DNA of 64,000 nucleotides from Raja brachyura (lineage: Eukaryota). The first letter of the stretch is position 1. Every line of letters starts with the position of its first letter. The notes under the pieces are model-generated. The model was given only the letters and a program-made list of their open reading frames with translations, was not told the origin of the DNA and did no database searches. Both the position numbers and the translations under genes were made by a program. The stretch covers positions 44,082,001 through 44,146,000 of the forward strand of contig OY740803.1 of NCBI GenBank assembly GCA_963514005.1, written 5' to 3'. Below, one piece after another: positions 1 through 11,900 of the stretch.

Positions 1-144
1 TGAACATTGCTCTAACCATGTCTTTTTTCCAATGAAAATTGATGATCCAGTTTTATGAGTTAATTCCAGCAGATCTGCAGTAGGCGTTATCAGCACCTTC
101 CTGCTAAGGATCTTATTTCACACCTTGTTTTGTGTATTTGGATC

Positions 145-208
145 TGCCTGATTAACCTGTCATTGTAAAAAGGCTGGAATTGCCTGATTAACCTGTCATT
201 GTAAAAAG
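145..208 (+). repeat. 28-bp direct repeat with 8-bp spacer
   Basis: tgcctgattaacctgtcattgtaaaaag at 145-172 and 181-208. Confidence 0.9.
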
Positions 209-292
209 AAACAGTAACACTGGCATCACAAATGTCAGCTCTATAATAAACTTCAAATATAATACCTCTGTCTAATACATCAATGTATTATG

Positions 293-425
293 AATTTGAA
301 GAAGAGTCCCAATCTGGAATGTCACCTATCCATGTTCACCAGAGATTTTGCTTGACTCACTGAGCTCCTCCAGTACTTTGCATCTTTTTTTTGTAAACAA
401 GCATCTGCAGTTCCTTGTGTCTCCA
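293..425 (+). mobile_element. Penelope pLTR-derived fragment, representative of further decayed copies
   Basis: Shared motifs tgaagaag...gtcacc...ccagagat...ctgag..actccag...agcatctgcagttcc. Similar copies at about 4151-4244, 16205-16280, 25130-25280, 27490-27880, 34122-34208, 35881-35994, 37637-37731, 43545-43720, 47992-48066, 50755-50950, 52830-53030, 53852-53930 with 54220-54306, and 63330-63545. Confidence 0.75.
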
Positions 426-801
426 TTATGAAATTGTTGCTAGATTAATTTTTTTCAAGGAATGCATCAATCCCACCACCTTCTTTGCTGATGCCATCAA
501 ATTAAAATGCAATAAAATTTGTGCTGGCTTTTTAGACTTAATTTCAAATGTTTTTTGGAAGAAGTCTGCTGTTACAGTGCAGAGGATGGAGAGCACAAAA
601 TGCCAATGGCACAGAAATGATTGATGAGTAATCAGTTGGGACTTGGGAACAGAAAAACTGGAGATGCCAATTAAAACAGAACGGTATTTGGCTCTGACCA
701 TCGAAGTGCCACAGAATTGAGATTCACTGTGAGTAGCAGCATATTGAGTGGGTTGCTTCATTGATTCTTAGCCAAACTTCAGCTGGTTGTCCTGACACAT
801 A

Positions 802-2012
802 CAGTGCTCTCCACAATGTTTGGGACAAAGACCCATCATTTATTTATTTGCCTCTGTACTCCACAATTTGATATTTGTAATAGGAAAAAAAATCACATGT
901 GGTTAAAGTGCACATTGTCAGATTTTATTAAAGGTCATTTTTATACATTTTGGTTTCACCATGTATAAATTACAGCTGTGTTTATACATAGTCCGCCCCC
1001 CCCCCCCAATTTCAGGGCACCATAATGTTTGGGACACATGGCTTCACAGGCATTTGTAATTGCTCAGGTGTGTTTAATTGCCTCTTAATGCAGGTATAAA
1101 ATACCTCTCAGCACCAAGTCTATCTTCCAGTCTTTCCATCACCTTTGGAAAATTTTATTGCTGTTAATCAACATGAGGACCAAAGTTGTGCCAATGAAAG
1201 TCAAATAAGCCATCATGAGATTGAGAACCAAGAATAAAACTGTTAGAGACATCAGCCAAACCTTAGGCGTACCGAAATGAACTGTTTGGAACATCATTAA
1301 GAAGAAAGAAAGCACTGGTGAGCTTTCTAATCGCAAAGGGACTGGCAGGCCAAGGAAGACCTCCACAGCTGATGACAGAAGAATTCTCTCTATAATAATG
1401 AAAAAACCCCAATCACGTGGCCGACAGATCAGAAACACTCTTCAGGAGTCGGGTGTGGATTTGCCAATGACCACTGTACGCAGAAGACTTCATGAACAGA
1501 AATACAGACAATACACTGCAAGAATCAAACTACTGGTTAGCCGCAAAAATAGGGTGGGCGGGTTACAGTTTGCCAAGAAGTACTTAAAAGAGCAACCACA
1601 GTTCTGGAAAAAGGTCTTGTGGACAGCTGAGACGAAGATTAACTTATATCAGAGTGATGGCAAGAGCAAAGTATGGAGGAGAGAAGGAACTGCCCAAGAT
1701 CTAAAGCATACCACCTGATATGTGAAACACAGTGGTTTGGGTATTATGGCCTGGGCATGTATGGCTGCTGAAGGTACTGGCTCATCTTAATTGATGATAC
1801 AACTGCTGATGGTATTAGCATAATGAATTCTGAAGTATGTTGATGCATCCATCTGCTCAAGTTCAACCAAATGCCTCAAAACACATTGGCCGGTGTTTCA
1901 TTCTATAGCAAGACAATGATCCTAAACATACTGCTAAAGCAACAATAGAGGTTTTCAAAGCTAAAAATGGTCAATTCTTGAGTGGCCAAGTCACCCAATC
2001 TGAACCCAAATG
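802..2012 (+). mobile_element. Tc1-like DNA transposon (IR/DR type), 3' truncated
   Basis: Starts TA|CAGTG at 800-806. Repeated binding-site motif cca(c/t)aatgtttgggaca at about 811-827 and 1020-1036. A decayed transposase follows. No right inverted repeat seen. Confidence 0.9.
1173..2012 (+). pseudogene. Tc1 transposase pseudogene
   Basis: From ATG 1173: MRTKVVPMKVK*...GRPRKT (AT-hook-like GRPR), TVRRRL, VLWTAETKINL (first catalytic D changed to A), QDNDPKHTAK and EWPS..LNP. Contains stops and frameshifts and breaks off before the catalytic E. Confidence 0.9.
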
Positions 2013-2506
2013 TCTCAAGCATCATGGAGCGCACAGTAGCAGTGGCATTGTGCAAAGCAGGAGGCAATAGGGAGAGCATCTTTGTGACAATAGGTTGATT
2101 AATGAGAGCTGCAACCATATTGTTAGTTTGGGAAAGTACATGCCCCTGGGCATTAGCTGGAGGAATTTAACTTTTGGAAAGTTTTGAGAATTTTAAAGTC
2201 TTAAAATGACTTGGAATCACTTAAAAGGTTTTAAAGGCAAAACCTATTTTCTCATAATTTTCTGGCACTTCCCCTTAATTGCTTCCCACTTGCCCTTGCT
2301 ATTTTTGGCCAGAAATCATTATTCATTCTTCAACGGTATTTCTGATCTTTTGAAAACTAATACATTTTAGAAGAAAATTTTAATTATTTTGTTAATCAAG
2401 TGGATTGGCCAACAGAAAACTGGACTCTGGAGAATTAATGGCCAACAATCTTAGCAGCTTGTCGTAATTATTATTGACAAGACCTATTTCTGTTGAGTTT
2501 TTTAAG

Positions 2507-2747
2507 TTTAATTTAGAGATACAGTGCGGGAACAGGTCCTTCACACACATCCCCATACTTTAGCACATTCATACCAAGCCAATTAACCTACAAGCCTGTA
2601 CGACTTTGGAGTGTGGGAGGAAACTGAAGATCTAGGTGTAGACCCACGGGGAGAACGTATAAACTCCGTACAGACAGCACCTGTAGTTGGATCAAACCTA
2701 GGTCTCTGGGGCTGCAAACGCTGTAAGGCAGCAACTCTACCGCTGCA
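2507..2747 (-). mobile_element. tRNA-derived V-SINE (HE1-like)
   Basis: Minus strand has a tRNA-like head with B-box-like GGTTTGATCC, the core TTTCCTCCCACACTCCAAAG and a CR1-type tail. Confidence 0.8.
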
Positions 2748-4254
2748 GTCCTTTTGAACAAGTCTGTTTTTGTTTGGCAAGAATTTAAAAATCTGTACAT
2801 GTTATTTGTAGGGCAAATGATCGATCTTGTTGGATTTTGGGAAAACCAAAACGTGTTTTGGGGGAAAGCACCATTCTATTTATATCCCCAGCTGATAGAA
2901 AGTGTTGTACCTACATACAACACTCTTGTGCAGTACATTAAGAATGCTTGTTTTGTGATAAAGTTTGCTAAGTTTACAGTACAATAAGGAACAATCGTTG
3001 ACTCAAGCAAGAAAAATGTAATTGGTCCTGTAGGAATTCAAAGAAAATAAATATTTTGATGCTGAGGAGGGGCGTAGAACATCAGAGTCAATGCTAGTTT
3101 CATAGAGATGATCAGAAGTAAATTTGGCTTCAGATCAAGTTGTTTTGTAAACTGAGACATTCCATATAAGTTCCCAAATAAGGTTTTGTCGCCCAGTTAA
3201 AAGCAAAGTCAAAAGACTGGCAGGTCTTCGAGTTAGAATGCCTGCACGAGACACGCATTGTTTTGAGCTTCAGTTTGCAGTCTGTTTGACCTGGATGAAG
3301 ACGAAGCATTAATATGACCTTTTCTCATATTTTAAAGGTATAGGCTCAGTTTTGCACTGACGAATTGCACAATTGTTTTTTTTATGAACAATTGCAATGA
3401 AACAGATCAATTTGGGGTTTTAAATCTTTTCCTTGCCTTTCTATGATTGGGGTGCTATCTCCTCTCCATCGCAGTGCTATTCAAAAAGAACATTAGCTTT
3501 CACATCTGACTGGTTTTGATTGTTTCCTGAATATAATACAATTTACTAATCGACAGAGGGAGATGCCAGATTGACTTTGGCCTTTAGGTGCTGATAAATT
3601 GATGTGCACTCCCATTGAACACTGAATATTTTATCTCCAGTGTAGTGAGTCATTAAGCCAGCACTTTCTTTCAAGTGTGAACAAGAAGGCTAAGGCTCAC
3701 AGTAAAATAATTGGCAAGGATTCATAATGGAATACAGTCAATTTGTGGGTGATTCATGCTGGGTGACTTCAGAAACATTGCACTGTTTGTTATCGTTGCT
3801 GTGTGCTGATTGCTGGCTGTTTCTATCCCTCCCTCTCATCCCCAATTAGCTTGTGATATAAATTGAGAAATACAAAGATTCCATATTGAAATTGTTCCTG
3901 CAAATCTATCAACTTTGCGATCATAAGCAAATCCTAAGAAGAGGCATCACCAGATCTCAAGGGAGCATTATGCAGATTGGAGTAGCCTTGCATTTGCCCT
4001 ACCAATAAATCATTGCATCACCAGAGATCTGCAACAGTTCATGAAGGTGGCTCACTAAGGGCGTTTAAGGATGGGCAAGAAATGCTGGCCTCAGTAATGC
4101 CTAACTTCTGAAAATTCGCACTTGCAGGGAAACAATGCAGCCCCTGACTCTCAGTCTGAAGAAGGGTCTCGACCCAAAATGGCACCTATTGTTTTTCTCC
4201 AGAGTTGCTGTCTGACCCGCTAAGTTACTCCAACTTTTTGTGTCAGTTTTCAAC

Positions 4255-4925
4255 ACGGGGACATGCTCTTTGGCCCACTATCTCTGTGCCAGCTATGATG
4301 CTAATGTAACTAATCCCATTTTCTTGTATCCCTCTTTCATGCCTGTTCGTGTGTCTGTCCAAATGCCTCTTAAACATTGCTATTGTGTCTGCTTCTACCA
4401 CCTGCCCACGGTGTGTGTGACAAAAATCTTGCCTTGCACTTCTTTTAAACTTTCCCCCTCTCGCCTTAAAACTAGGTCCTCTAGTTTTGACATTTCCATC
4501 CTGAGAAAAAGACCCTGACTATCTAGCCTATGTGTGTCTATCAGGTTGCCCCCTCAGCCTTCCATGTTCCAGAAATATTCTAAGTTAGTCCATCCACTCC
4601 TTATGGCTAATACGCTTCATGGAGCATTCTCGTGCACCCTCTCCAAAGCCTTCATCTTGGCTATAATGTGGTGACCGGAATGGCACATAATACTCCAAGT
4701 GTGGCCCCACCCATGTTTTATACAGCTCTAATGTAACTTACTGACATTTATGCTATGTTCCCTGACTCATGAAGGCAAGTATGTTGGACTCGTTCTTTAC
4801 CACCCCATCCACTTCTGTTGCCACTTTCGGGAAGCTATGGACACATCCCAAGATATCTCGATATACATCGATGTTCCTACCTTTTACTGTATACTTTTCT
4901 CTTGCATTTGATCTCCCAAGTGCCT
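4255..4925 (-). mobile_element. CR1 LINE fragment, older
   Basis: ORF 4753..4956 ILGCVHSFPKVATEVDGVVK..LAFMSQG resembles the CR1 ORF2 thumb region and continues toward the 3' end. Confidence 0.8.
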
Positions 4926-5504
4926 CCCCTCCCCCCCCCCCCCCCCCCCCCCCCACTCTTGTCTTGATGAAAATTCACATGCTCTTTCTCCACACTTATT
5001 TCCAACACTTAATATAACCTGACAGTTTGATAAAGTTCCTTGTGTGAGAAATTACAGCAACTTTCCTTTCTTGGTTCTTAAGTTCCATCTGAAATAATAC
5101 ACCAAGCAGTCTGATGGATGGTTATTATTACAGTTTTAGCTCCATGAACCTATAATACCCTAGAATATAATATAGTGGAACACTAAGGTGAGCAACATTT
5201 TGGCCTCTTGGTGTTGCAGGAAAGTCGCAGGAAGCTGTTGGATTCTCCAATGGATTTGTAACAGCACTATTTCAGCAAAGTAGTTGTATTTTATCATGTC
5301 AGAATCATAGTTTGTAACTTTCTGCTTGAGCAATTTTTGTAACAAATATTGTCATCTCAACATTGGACGAACAGTTCACTTGTCCATGTTGTAATGGTCT
5401 TCCGCAGTTTTTCTCGTCTCGTCTGTTTCTAATGGCCACTTTGGGTCTCTTTCATCACCTCTTGGTTTCTTCTGATGCTTCTGTGCATTAAATGCTAGAG
5501 GACA

Positions 5505-5758
5505 TTGCTTTACAGGGAGAGGGGCAAAGTTTAATGGCGATATGTGGGGCAAGTCTTTTCTTGCATAAGTGCCTCTAATGCTTTACTGGGCGTGGTGTTT
5601 GAAGCAGGTATGTTAGTGGTGTTTAAAAAACTTATGGATAGCGATATGGAGGGATATGGGTTATGTGCAGGTAGATAAGTGAAGGTCTTGGCATCATGTT
5701 CGACACAGATATTGTGGATTGTAGGGCCTGTTCTTGTGCTCTACTGTTCTATGTTCTA
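5505..5758 (+). mobile_element. CR1 3' end, decayed; representative of further CR1 fragments
   Basis: agggcctgttcttgtgctctactgttctatgttctat tail. Similar fragments at about 6644-6721(+), 17272-17680(+), 18545-18835(-), 24725-24880(-), 32250-32510(-), 32597-32760(+), 36453-36603(+), 38772-39080(-), 45500-45755(-), 54690-54900(+) and 56880-57225(+). Confidence 0.72.
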
Positions 5759-6146
5759 TCACTGACAAAAATGCATATTTTTATAAGATCTTTTCTGGGT
5801 GATGAACATTCACCCCAATGATTATGCATATCTACCGTCTCTGGTAGACACCCCTTTGTAGTTGGATACATGCACAAGACCTGCTGATTAAGCCATGTGA
5901 TTTTGCTGCATACATTCAAACCATTATCTTTCCCAGTCGTTAAGTTAGCATCCCAGTGAGTAGATTTGTGATGTATCAATCATTAATCCCCTTGACGACT
6001 CTTAGCTGCATTAATAATAGCGTTGGGAATTAACAATCTGTAGTCGGCTGATGTTTACACTACCATCGTGTTTCCATATCTCTAATGCTGAGTTTTGGTT
6101 CGCTAAACAACCATTGGCATATTACAGTCACTTTGCTGATGTCATT

Positions 6147-6562
6147 TCATAGAGTGACACAGTGTGGAAACAGGCCTTCGGCCCAACTTGCCCGCACCGG
6201 CCAACATGTCCCAGCTAAACTAATGCCACCTGCCCGCATTTGGTCCATATCTGTCCTATCCATTTCCCTGTCTAACTGTTTCTTAAATGATGGGATAGTC
6301 CTTGCCTCAACCACCTCCTCTGACAGCTTGTTCCGTACACCCACCACCCTTTGTGAAAAAGTTACCCCTCAGATTCCTATTTTTTTTTTTAGTTTCCTGC
6401 ATCACTGTCAACCTATGTCCTCTGGTCCTCAATTCACCTACTCTGGGCAAAAGACTCTGTGCATCTACCCGATTTATTCCTTTCATGTTTTCATACACCT
6501 CTATAAGATCACTCCTCATCTTCCTGCGTTCCAAGAAATAGAGTCCTAGCTTGCTCAACCTC
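6147..6562 (-). mobile_element. CR1 LINE 3' end
   Basis: ORFs 6307..6558 and 6147..6347 read LGLYFLERRKMRSDLIEVY..RTRGH and EEVVEARTIPSFKKQLDR. Confidence 0.9.
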
Positions 6563-7295
6563 CAGCTTGAGGTGCTTTCAGCTTAATGTGCCTTTTACGT
6601 GAGAATTATAATCCTGGGGATGAATATTTCATGTTCATATCATAGATGATCAGCCATGATCACAGTGAATGGCGGTGCTGGCTCGAAGGGCCAAATGGCC
6701 TACTCCTGCACCTATTGTCTATTTAGCTCTTTTTATTGCTGCATAATTAGTTGGGTGAATTTCAAGCAAATATTGCAAAGGCTGCAAACCTGTCTGTTTA
6801 GCTTTCCACAGCCATGTATTGTGAATTGATTATATTCGCACTTGAGTAATAGAGGTGAAAAGTTAGAATAATTACTGATATGGTTTAAAATTGATAACTG
6901 ACTTTGACAGATTAGTCCGTACTCAAGGGTTTGTAGTTATATATATATTTCTGTAGTTGATTGTAATAGTTGTAACATTAAGTGGAGTACAGCAGACTGA
7001 GTTCATAGACTCTTACAAAAAATCTCTTGAATCAGCACGTTAGCCAACATAAGATTGCTTTTTCTGCCAAATTTGTGATTTCACTAATTGAAACTTGTCC
7101 ATGCCATTTCTTTTCCCAAAACTGCCAAATTCGCTGTAATAAATTTTAGCATATATTTGATGAATTCTGTTTAATAATAGTTCAGAAAGACTAGTACTGT
7201 TTCACCTTGAAATTATTGAACCATTATATCTAATTTATCAGTCAGCACAGAGTTATGATGGTGGATATAACTACAGACTTTGAAAATCCCTCAAA

Positions 7296-7733
7296 CTTAG
7301 TTTAGTTTAAGGATACAGTGCAGAAACAGGCCCTTCGGCCCATCGAGTCCATACCGACCAGCGATCCCTACACCTTCTTCTTTCGTGTGGCGTGCACAGC
7401 CCAGAGTTGTTGAATCACTTGTTCTATTTGATCTTCCGTTTGTGCACGTCGAGTTGATTGCATTAGTCAAAACAGGGCGGACCACGTGAAGGATGTAATC
7501 TTCCATCCCCACACATGAACACTATCTTACACACTGGGGCTAATTTTGTTTTTGCACTTATTCCAAGCCTACAGACCTGCACATCTTTGGAGTGTGGGAG
7601 GAAACCAAAGTTCTCTGAGAAAACCCACGCAGGTCACAGGGAGAACCTGCAGACAAGCACCCCTAACTAGGATCGAACCTGGGTCTTTGTCGCTGTAAGG
7701 CAGCAAACTACTGCTGCGCCGCCTTGTCGCCCC
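7296..7733 (-). mobile_element. V-SINE (HE1-like), interrupted by an insertion
   Basis: Head GGGCGACAAGGCGGCGCAGCAGTAG...GGTTCGATCC, V-domain core, tail GGGCCGAAGGGCCTGTTTC...TAAACTAAAC. Confidence 0.82.
7374..7504 (-). mobile_element. Short (GAA)-tailed retroposon 3' end nested in a V-SINE, possibly Vingi/Ingi-related
   Basis: Minus strand ends GTGCACGCCACACGAAAGAAGAAG. Flanks atccc(t/c)acac at 7364-7373 and 7505-7514. It interrupts a SINE. Confidence 0.6.
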
Positions 7734-8281
7734 TAAATAAATAAATTATAACAACAGATTTTAATTGAACCATTTGGGGATTTCGGACAATCTCTGAAAT
7801 TGTCTGTCTCCCATTAACTTTTTTTGAGGCTCTGTTGTGTAAATACCTGGATTTGTAAAGATCCCTATAGTTCAACAGTAGCATTCATGGAGTTGGGTCA
7901 GACTACGTTTCATAACCAGGACCCTTTATTGGCAATTCTCTTGGAGGATGACAGGAGAACGCATGAATGTTGAAAGAAGCACTGTTTTCATTCACTTTTC
8001 AGGATCTCGACTCTGCAGGCAGGGCCAGCATTTATTACCCATTCCTCAAAATGGATGGATTGCTAGGCTATTTCACAGGCATTTAATAGTCAACCACATT
8101 GGTGGGCCTGGAGTTGCAAGCAGGGTAGATTTAAGGTTAGCCGATTTCCTCCTTGAAGAACATTAGTAAGTCGGATAGATTTTTAACAAAAGTATAGGGG
8201 CATTTTTGATTGCTAATGACTTGTTTGTTTTTATAATTCCAGATTAGAAATCTTAGTTAGTATGGGGTTTTATTTTGGATA

Positions 8282-8513
8282 GATGGACACAAAATGCTGG
8301 AGTAAATGAGCGGGACAGGCAGCATCTCTGGAGAGAAGGACTGGGTGACGTTTTGGGTTGAGACCTTTCTTCAGACTTGAGTCTGAAGAGGGGTCTCGAC
8401 CCAAAACGTCACCCATTCCTTCTTTCCAGAGATTCTGTATGTCCCGCTAAGTTACTCCAGCATTTTGTGTCTATGCTTGGTGTAAACCAGCATCTGCAGT
8501 TCTTTCCTACACA
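8282..8513. mobile_element. Palindromic Penelope pLTR-derived short insertion
   Basis: Inverted arms of about 95 bp meet at tcagact-tg-agtctga (8371-8386). Flanked by 14-bp direct repeat ttttattttggata (8268-8281 and 8514-8527). Confidence 0.88.
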
Positions 8514-8913
8514 TTTTATTTTGGATATTTGATGTTTAGTTTTATATTGTTTCGTGATTCAGAATGCTACCTGGAGTAGTATTGTAAACTTTCCTGAATG
8601 AGAAATGACGTAGCTTGGGGTGAATATCCATCCTCTGTTTTATGTCTGAATGTATTTAAACTTGGCTTCTGAAATGGTTTCAGTAGGATTAACTGTCATT
8701 GCCTTCAATGTTTGCAGTTGAGGACAAATTCCTACCATTTGACTAAGTGCAAGTTTGATAAGAAAATATATTCAGAGTTTCGGATAATTTATGTGCATTC
8801 TAGAAACTAAATAATGCACATTGTGTTCAGACAATAAATATTGTTTATATGAAAAGAGTTTGAATATGTAGTGCTCTATTGATGAAAAAAATTCTGGCAT
8901 TTTGTTTTCATAG

Positions 8914-8989
8914 ACCATTATGGACCAGTTTAATCCGAGTCTTAGAAATTTTATCGCCATGGGGAAGTCTTATGAAAAGGCGCTTTCCA
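8914..8989 (+). CDS. BAIAP2: IRSp53/BAIAP2-family I-BAR (IMD) domain, internal coding exon (equivalent to exon 2), 76 nt
   Basis: Acceptor ttttgttttcatag|ACC and donor TCCA|gtaagt. Translates TIMDQFNPSLRNFIAMGKSYEKALS, matching recalled IRSp53 TIMEQFNPSLRNFIAMGKNYEKALA. Ends in phase 1. Confidence 0.93.
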
Positions 8990-11900
8990 GTAAGTTATTT
9001 GTCCACTTGTTTTATAACCTGATTTTGCTTTTAATGTCCATTATATGATTAATGTCTGTTTTGTCCTTGTTTTGGTTTTGATTTTGCTTGTGTAATATGT
9101 TTGCTCATCTCCATGCATTCTCCTTCAGTTAGATGGGAGATGGGTCACTGATTCCTACTTTGGATCCCAATGTAATCTTCCATTTGAGCCATTAATCATG
9201 GGGGTGAGACAGAACTGTTCATTTTTATGTCCATGTCGTGATGCTTTGCTTGCAAAATCTGTAACTTTCAACGGTCCTAAAAAGATTTGAGGCTTGGCAG
9301 ATAGTGGTTTCTTCTGCTGTGGTTTTAATCAAGTTATCACGTGGACATAGTGGCTGTCTGTTGCTGAACTACATTGTGGGAGTGCTCACGCTGAAATCAT
9401 GATCAGTTGCTTAGAGCTAGTCTGTCAAGTGGTATGGCAAAATAAAAGAAAGTTGGATGAGAAGTGTAGCCAGGCATTGTTCTGGATATGCATAAAATGT
9501 TGTACCTTATCCGAAGATCTAAAGATATGGGGTCAAGTTTTGCTTTTGAAATGTAACTTTGATGTGCTTGTGAAATAGTTTAAGCTGCATGCCAAAGCTG
9601 AGGAAATTGTTTTCAATTCGCTCCAATGCACAGTAGAACTTCTGAAGCCATATTTCTAGAAGTTTTGAGTGCAAACTTTAAGATGTGCAGGATGGGGGAA
9701 GTCTACAGATGGTGGGAAGCTGGGAGGTGTAAAATAGTCTTAACAGTCTTCACATCTGGGTTTAAATGAGCCATATTCATATTAAACAATGTATTTTTGT
9801 CCACTAACACTCACAGGTAGCCTTAAGTGGGGTAGATTTATTTTCCTTAAACAAAACATTTTCTGAATGGTGTTTTGTATTGAATTTTGCTCCCTTGTAA
9901 GTCTAATTTTTTTTGGTGTTCATTTCAACAAGCTGTTCAGTGTTTGTGAGTTTGTTCACGTGTCAACATTTCACCAAAAATCTTTTTAGATTTGTCATTT
10001 TGAAGAGTCGGGTGAAAAATGAGGTACACAGGGTAATGAATTGATTGCAAAGAATGAGGGACAAAAGGAATTGAATGATCAGTAAAACGGTTAGGATTAA
10101 TTAAATTGCAGCATGATAGTTGTAAGCAAGTCATTTATTAACAGTTTTCATTCCCTTCAATTTAAATCAAAATAATTGCAGATGCTTTAATTGGAAACCT
10201 TTTATTTAATACTTTTCTTGTTTGGAGCAGATGCAATCTGAGTTTAATGAACTAAATACAGTTGGTTTTTTTCTAGGAGTGGTTCTGTTGGGGGGGTCTA
10301 ACATTGAGCTGATTGTTAGAAGCAGCTATTTAAATTGCAAGTCACATAAAATTGTGTAATGCAGAAGGTGGTCGTTTGGGCCAAGTCTTTTGAAGGAGAT
10401 ATCCAACTAATCTCGCTCTCTCTCTTTCTCTCTCTCCTGAGATGGCTGTTTTTGTTTCCCCTTCTTCCTTTTTGAAAGTTGTTATTGGAATTGCTTTTGT
10501 CACAATTTCAGGCAGTGCAATTTGGTTCGAAAAAATTAGCTGCCTAATGTTGTTTTCCCCCAGTTTTCCTTTTGCATCCTCCATATAAGGAGTTCTTTTT
10601 TAAAAAAACAAAACAAAAAAAAACTTTTTTTTTCTCTCTTCATAAAAATCTGGGGATTTTCGAACATCAAATCTACCTTCTCCATGTTGCAACTTCTCTG
10701 GTCACTTCTTACAAACACCATTTTCATCTAATTCCCACCCTGATGGATGAAGTTAAGCCACAGGCCAACTATGATCTCATTGAATCATGGATCAAACTTC
10801 CTGATTCAAAGTTCTTCAAGGCCTTGTGTTTCTTCTGAATAGTTTGGTGCCCACGGTACTTTACAAAAGTTTTTTTTCTTAATCTCAATTTCTCTATTTA
10901 ATAAAACAGAGTCCCATGTGTTTCTTTAGCAACTTTGTCAACAATTCCTGCCACCTTTTGAGGACTTGTGTACATTAACTAACAGTACAATATCTGTTAC
11001 TGAACCCCTTTTTACATGTGCTGTTTAGTTTATATTGCCTTCCATCTCTAAGTTGTCAAGCTATGCATGATGCTGTTGTTTTTTGCAAAGTAAAAGCAAT
11101 GTTAGAAACATTGGATTGAACACAATTGTTGTATTGTGTTCCATAACATTTTTGATGGCCCTTGTTTTTAAAATAACCCTTTCCAGGCTTGATTTTTAAC
11201 ACTGATCTTTCTGAACTTAAGATAATGCCTATAAAATCCCCCATATGAGAGTATAATTCTGCAGAACTGATCATAATTATATAAAGGAGTGTAGTAAAGC
11301 ACCAACATCTGTAGTCAATCTAAGCTCCAATGGAGACGTGGCAAAGAACCAGCATGAAGACATGGAGTGAAATCTAGAATGCCCTGCTTGTGAAAGTAGT
11401 GTATACAAATGCAGTTGTACTTTTAAAAGGGATTTGGGTTTAGAAACTTGAAGATGAGCAGGGGAAGAAGTTGCAACAAAGATGGGAGTAATTTTAGATA
11501 ATAGTTCCAAAGTGCTGGAAAGTACAAAATAACTGGAATGCTACCTCTAATGGTTCATGAACCTCCAGTGTATAATATTATATTGCACTGCATGAAAATC
11601 TGTTCTTCTGTCTTTCATCACTGAATGATCCCACATCTCCCCAGAACAAATAAAAATTGCCATTACACCCACATGTAATTTTATGCATAAATATTGTAAA
11701 ACAAACACACCAAGTTCTGGAGCCCCTACTGCAATCTCAGAAAACGTCAATGCATTTCTTTGCCAATGCCAAGAAAGATAAAGGAAATTGTAGTTTAAAA
11801 AAAAAAATGTGATTGATCCAAAACTATTGTTTGCAACAACTAAACTGAAAAATCTTAAACATACAAATAATTAAATTTGTAGATCAGAATTTTAATGAAT

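Noticed and set aside
145-208. Direct repeats with a 36-bp period here and at 45912-45966, superficially CRISPR-like
   Set aside because: Only two units each, unrelated to each other, no cas genes, vertebrate intron. These are ordinary local duplications.
8282-8513. MITE or pre-miRNA interpretation of the palindromes
   Set aside because: Variable-length target-site duplications and identity with the Penelope terminal repeat point to retrotransposition. The hairpins are long and multi-copy, with no small-RNA evidence.
1-8913. First exon and promoter of the gene
   Set aside because: No CpG island or matching N-terminal peptide seen; probably upstream of the window.
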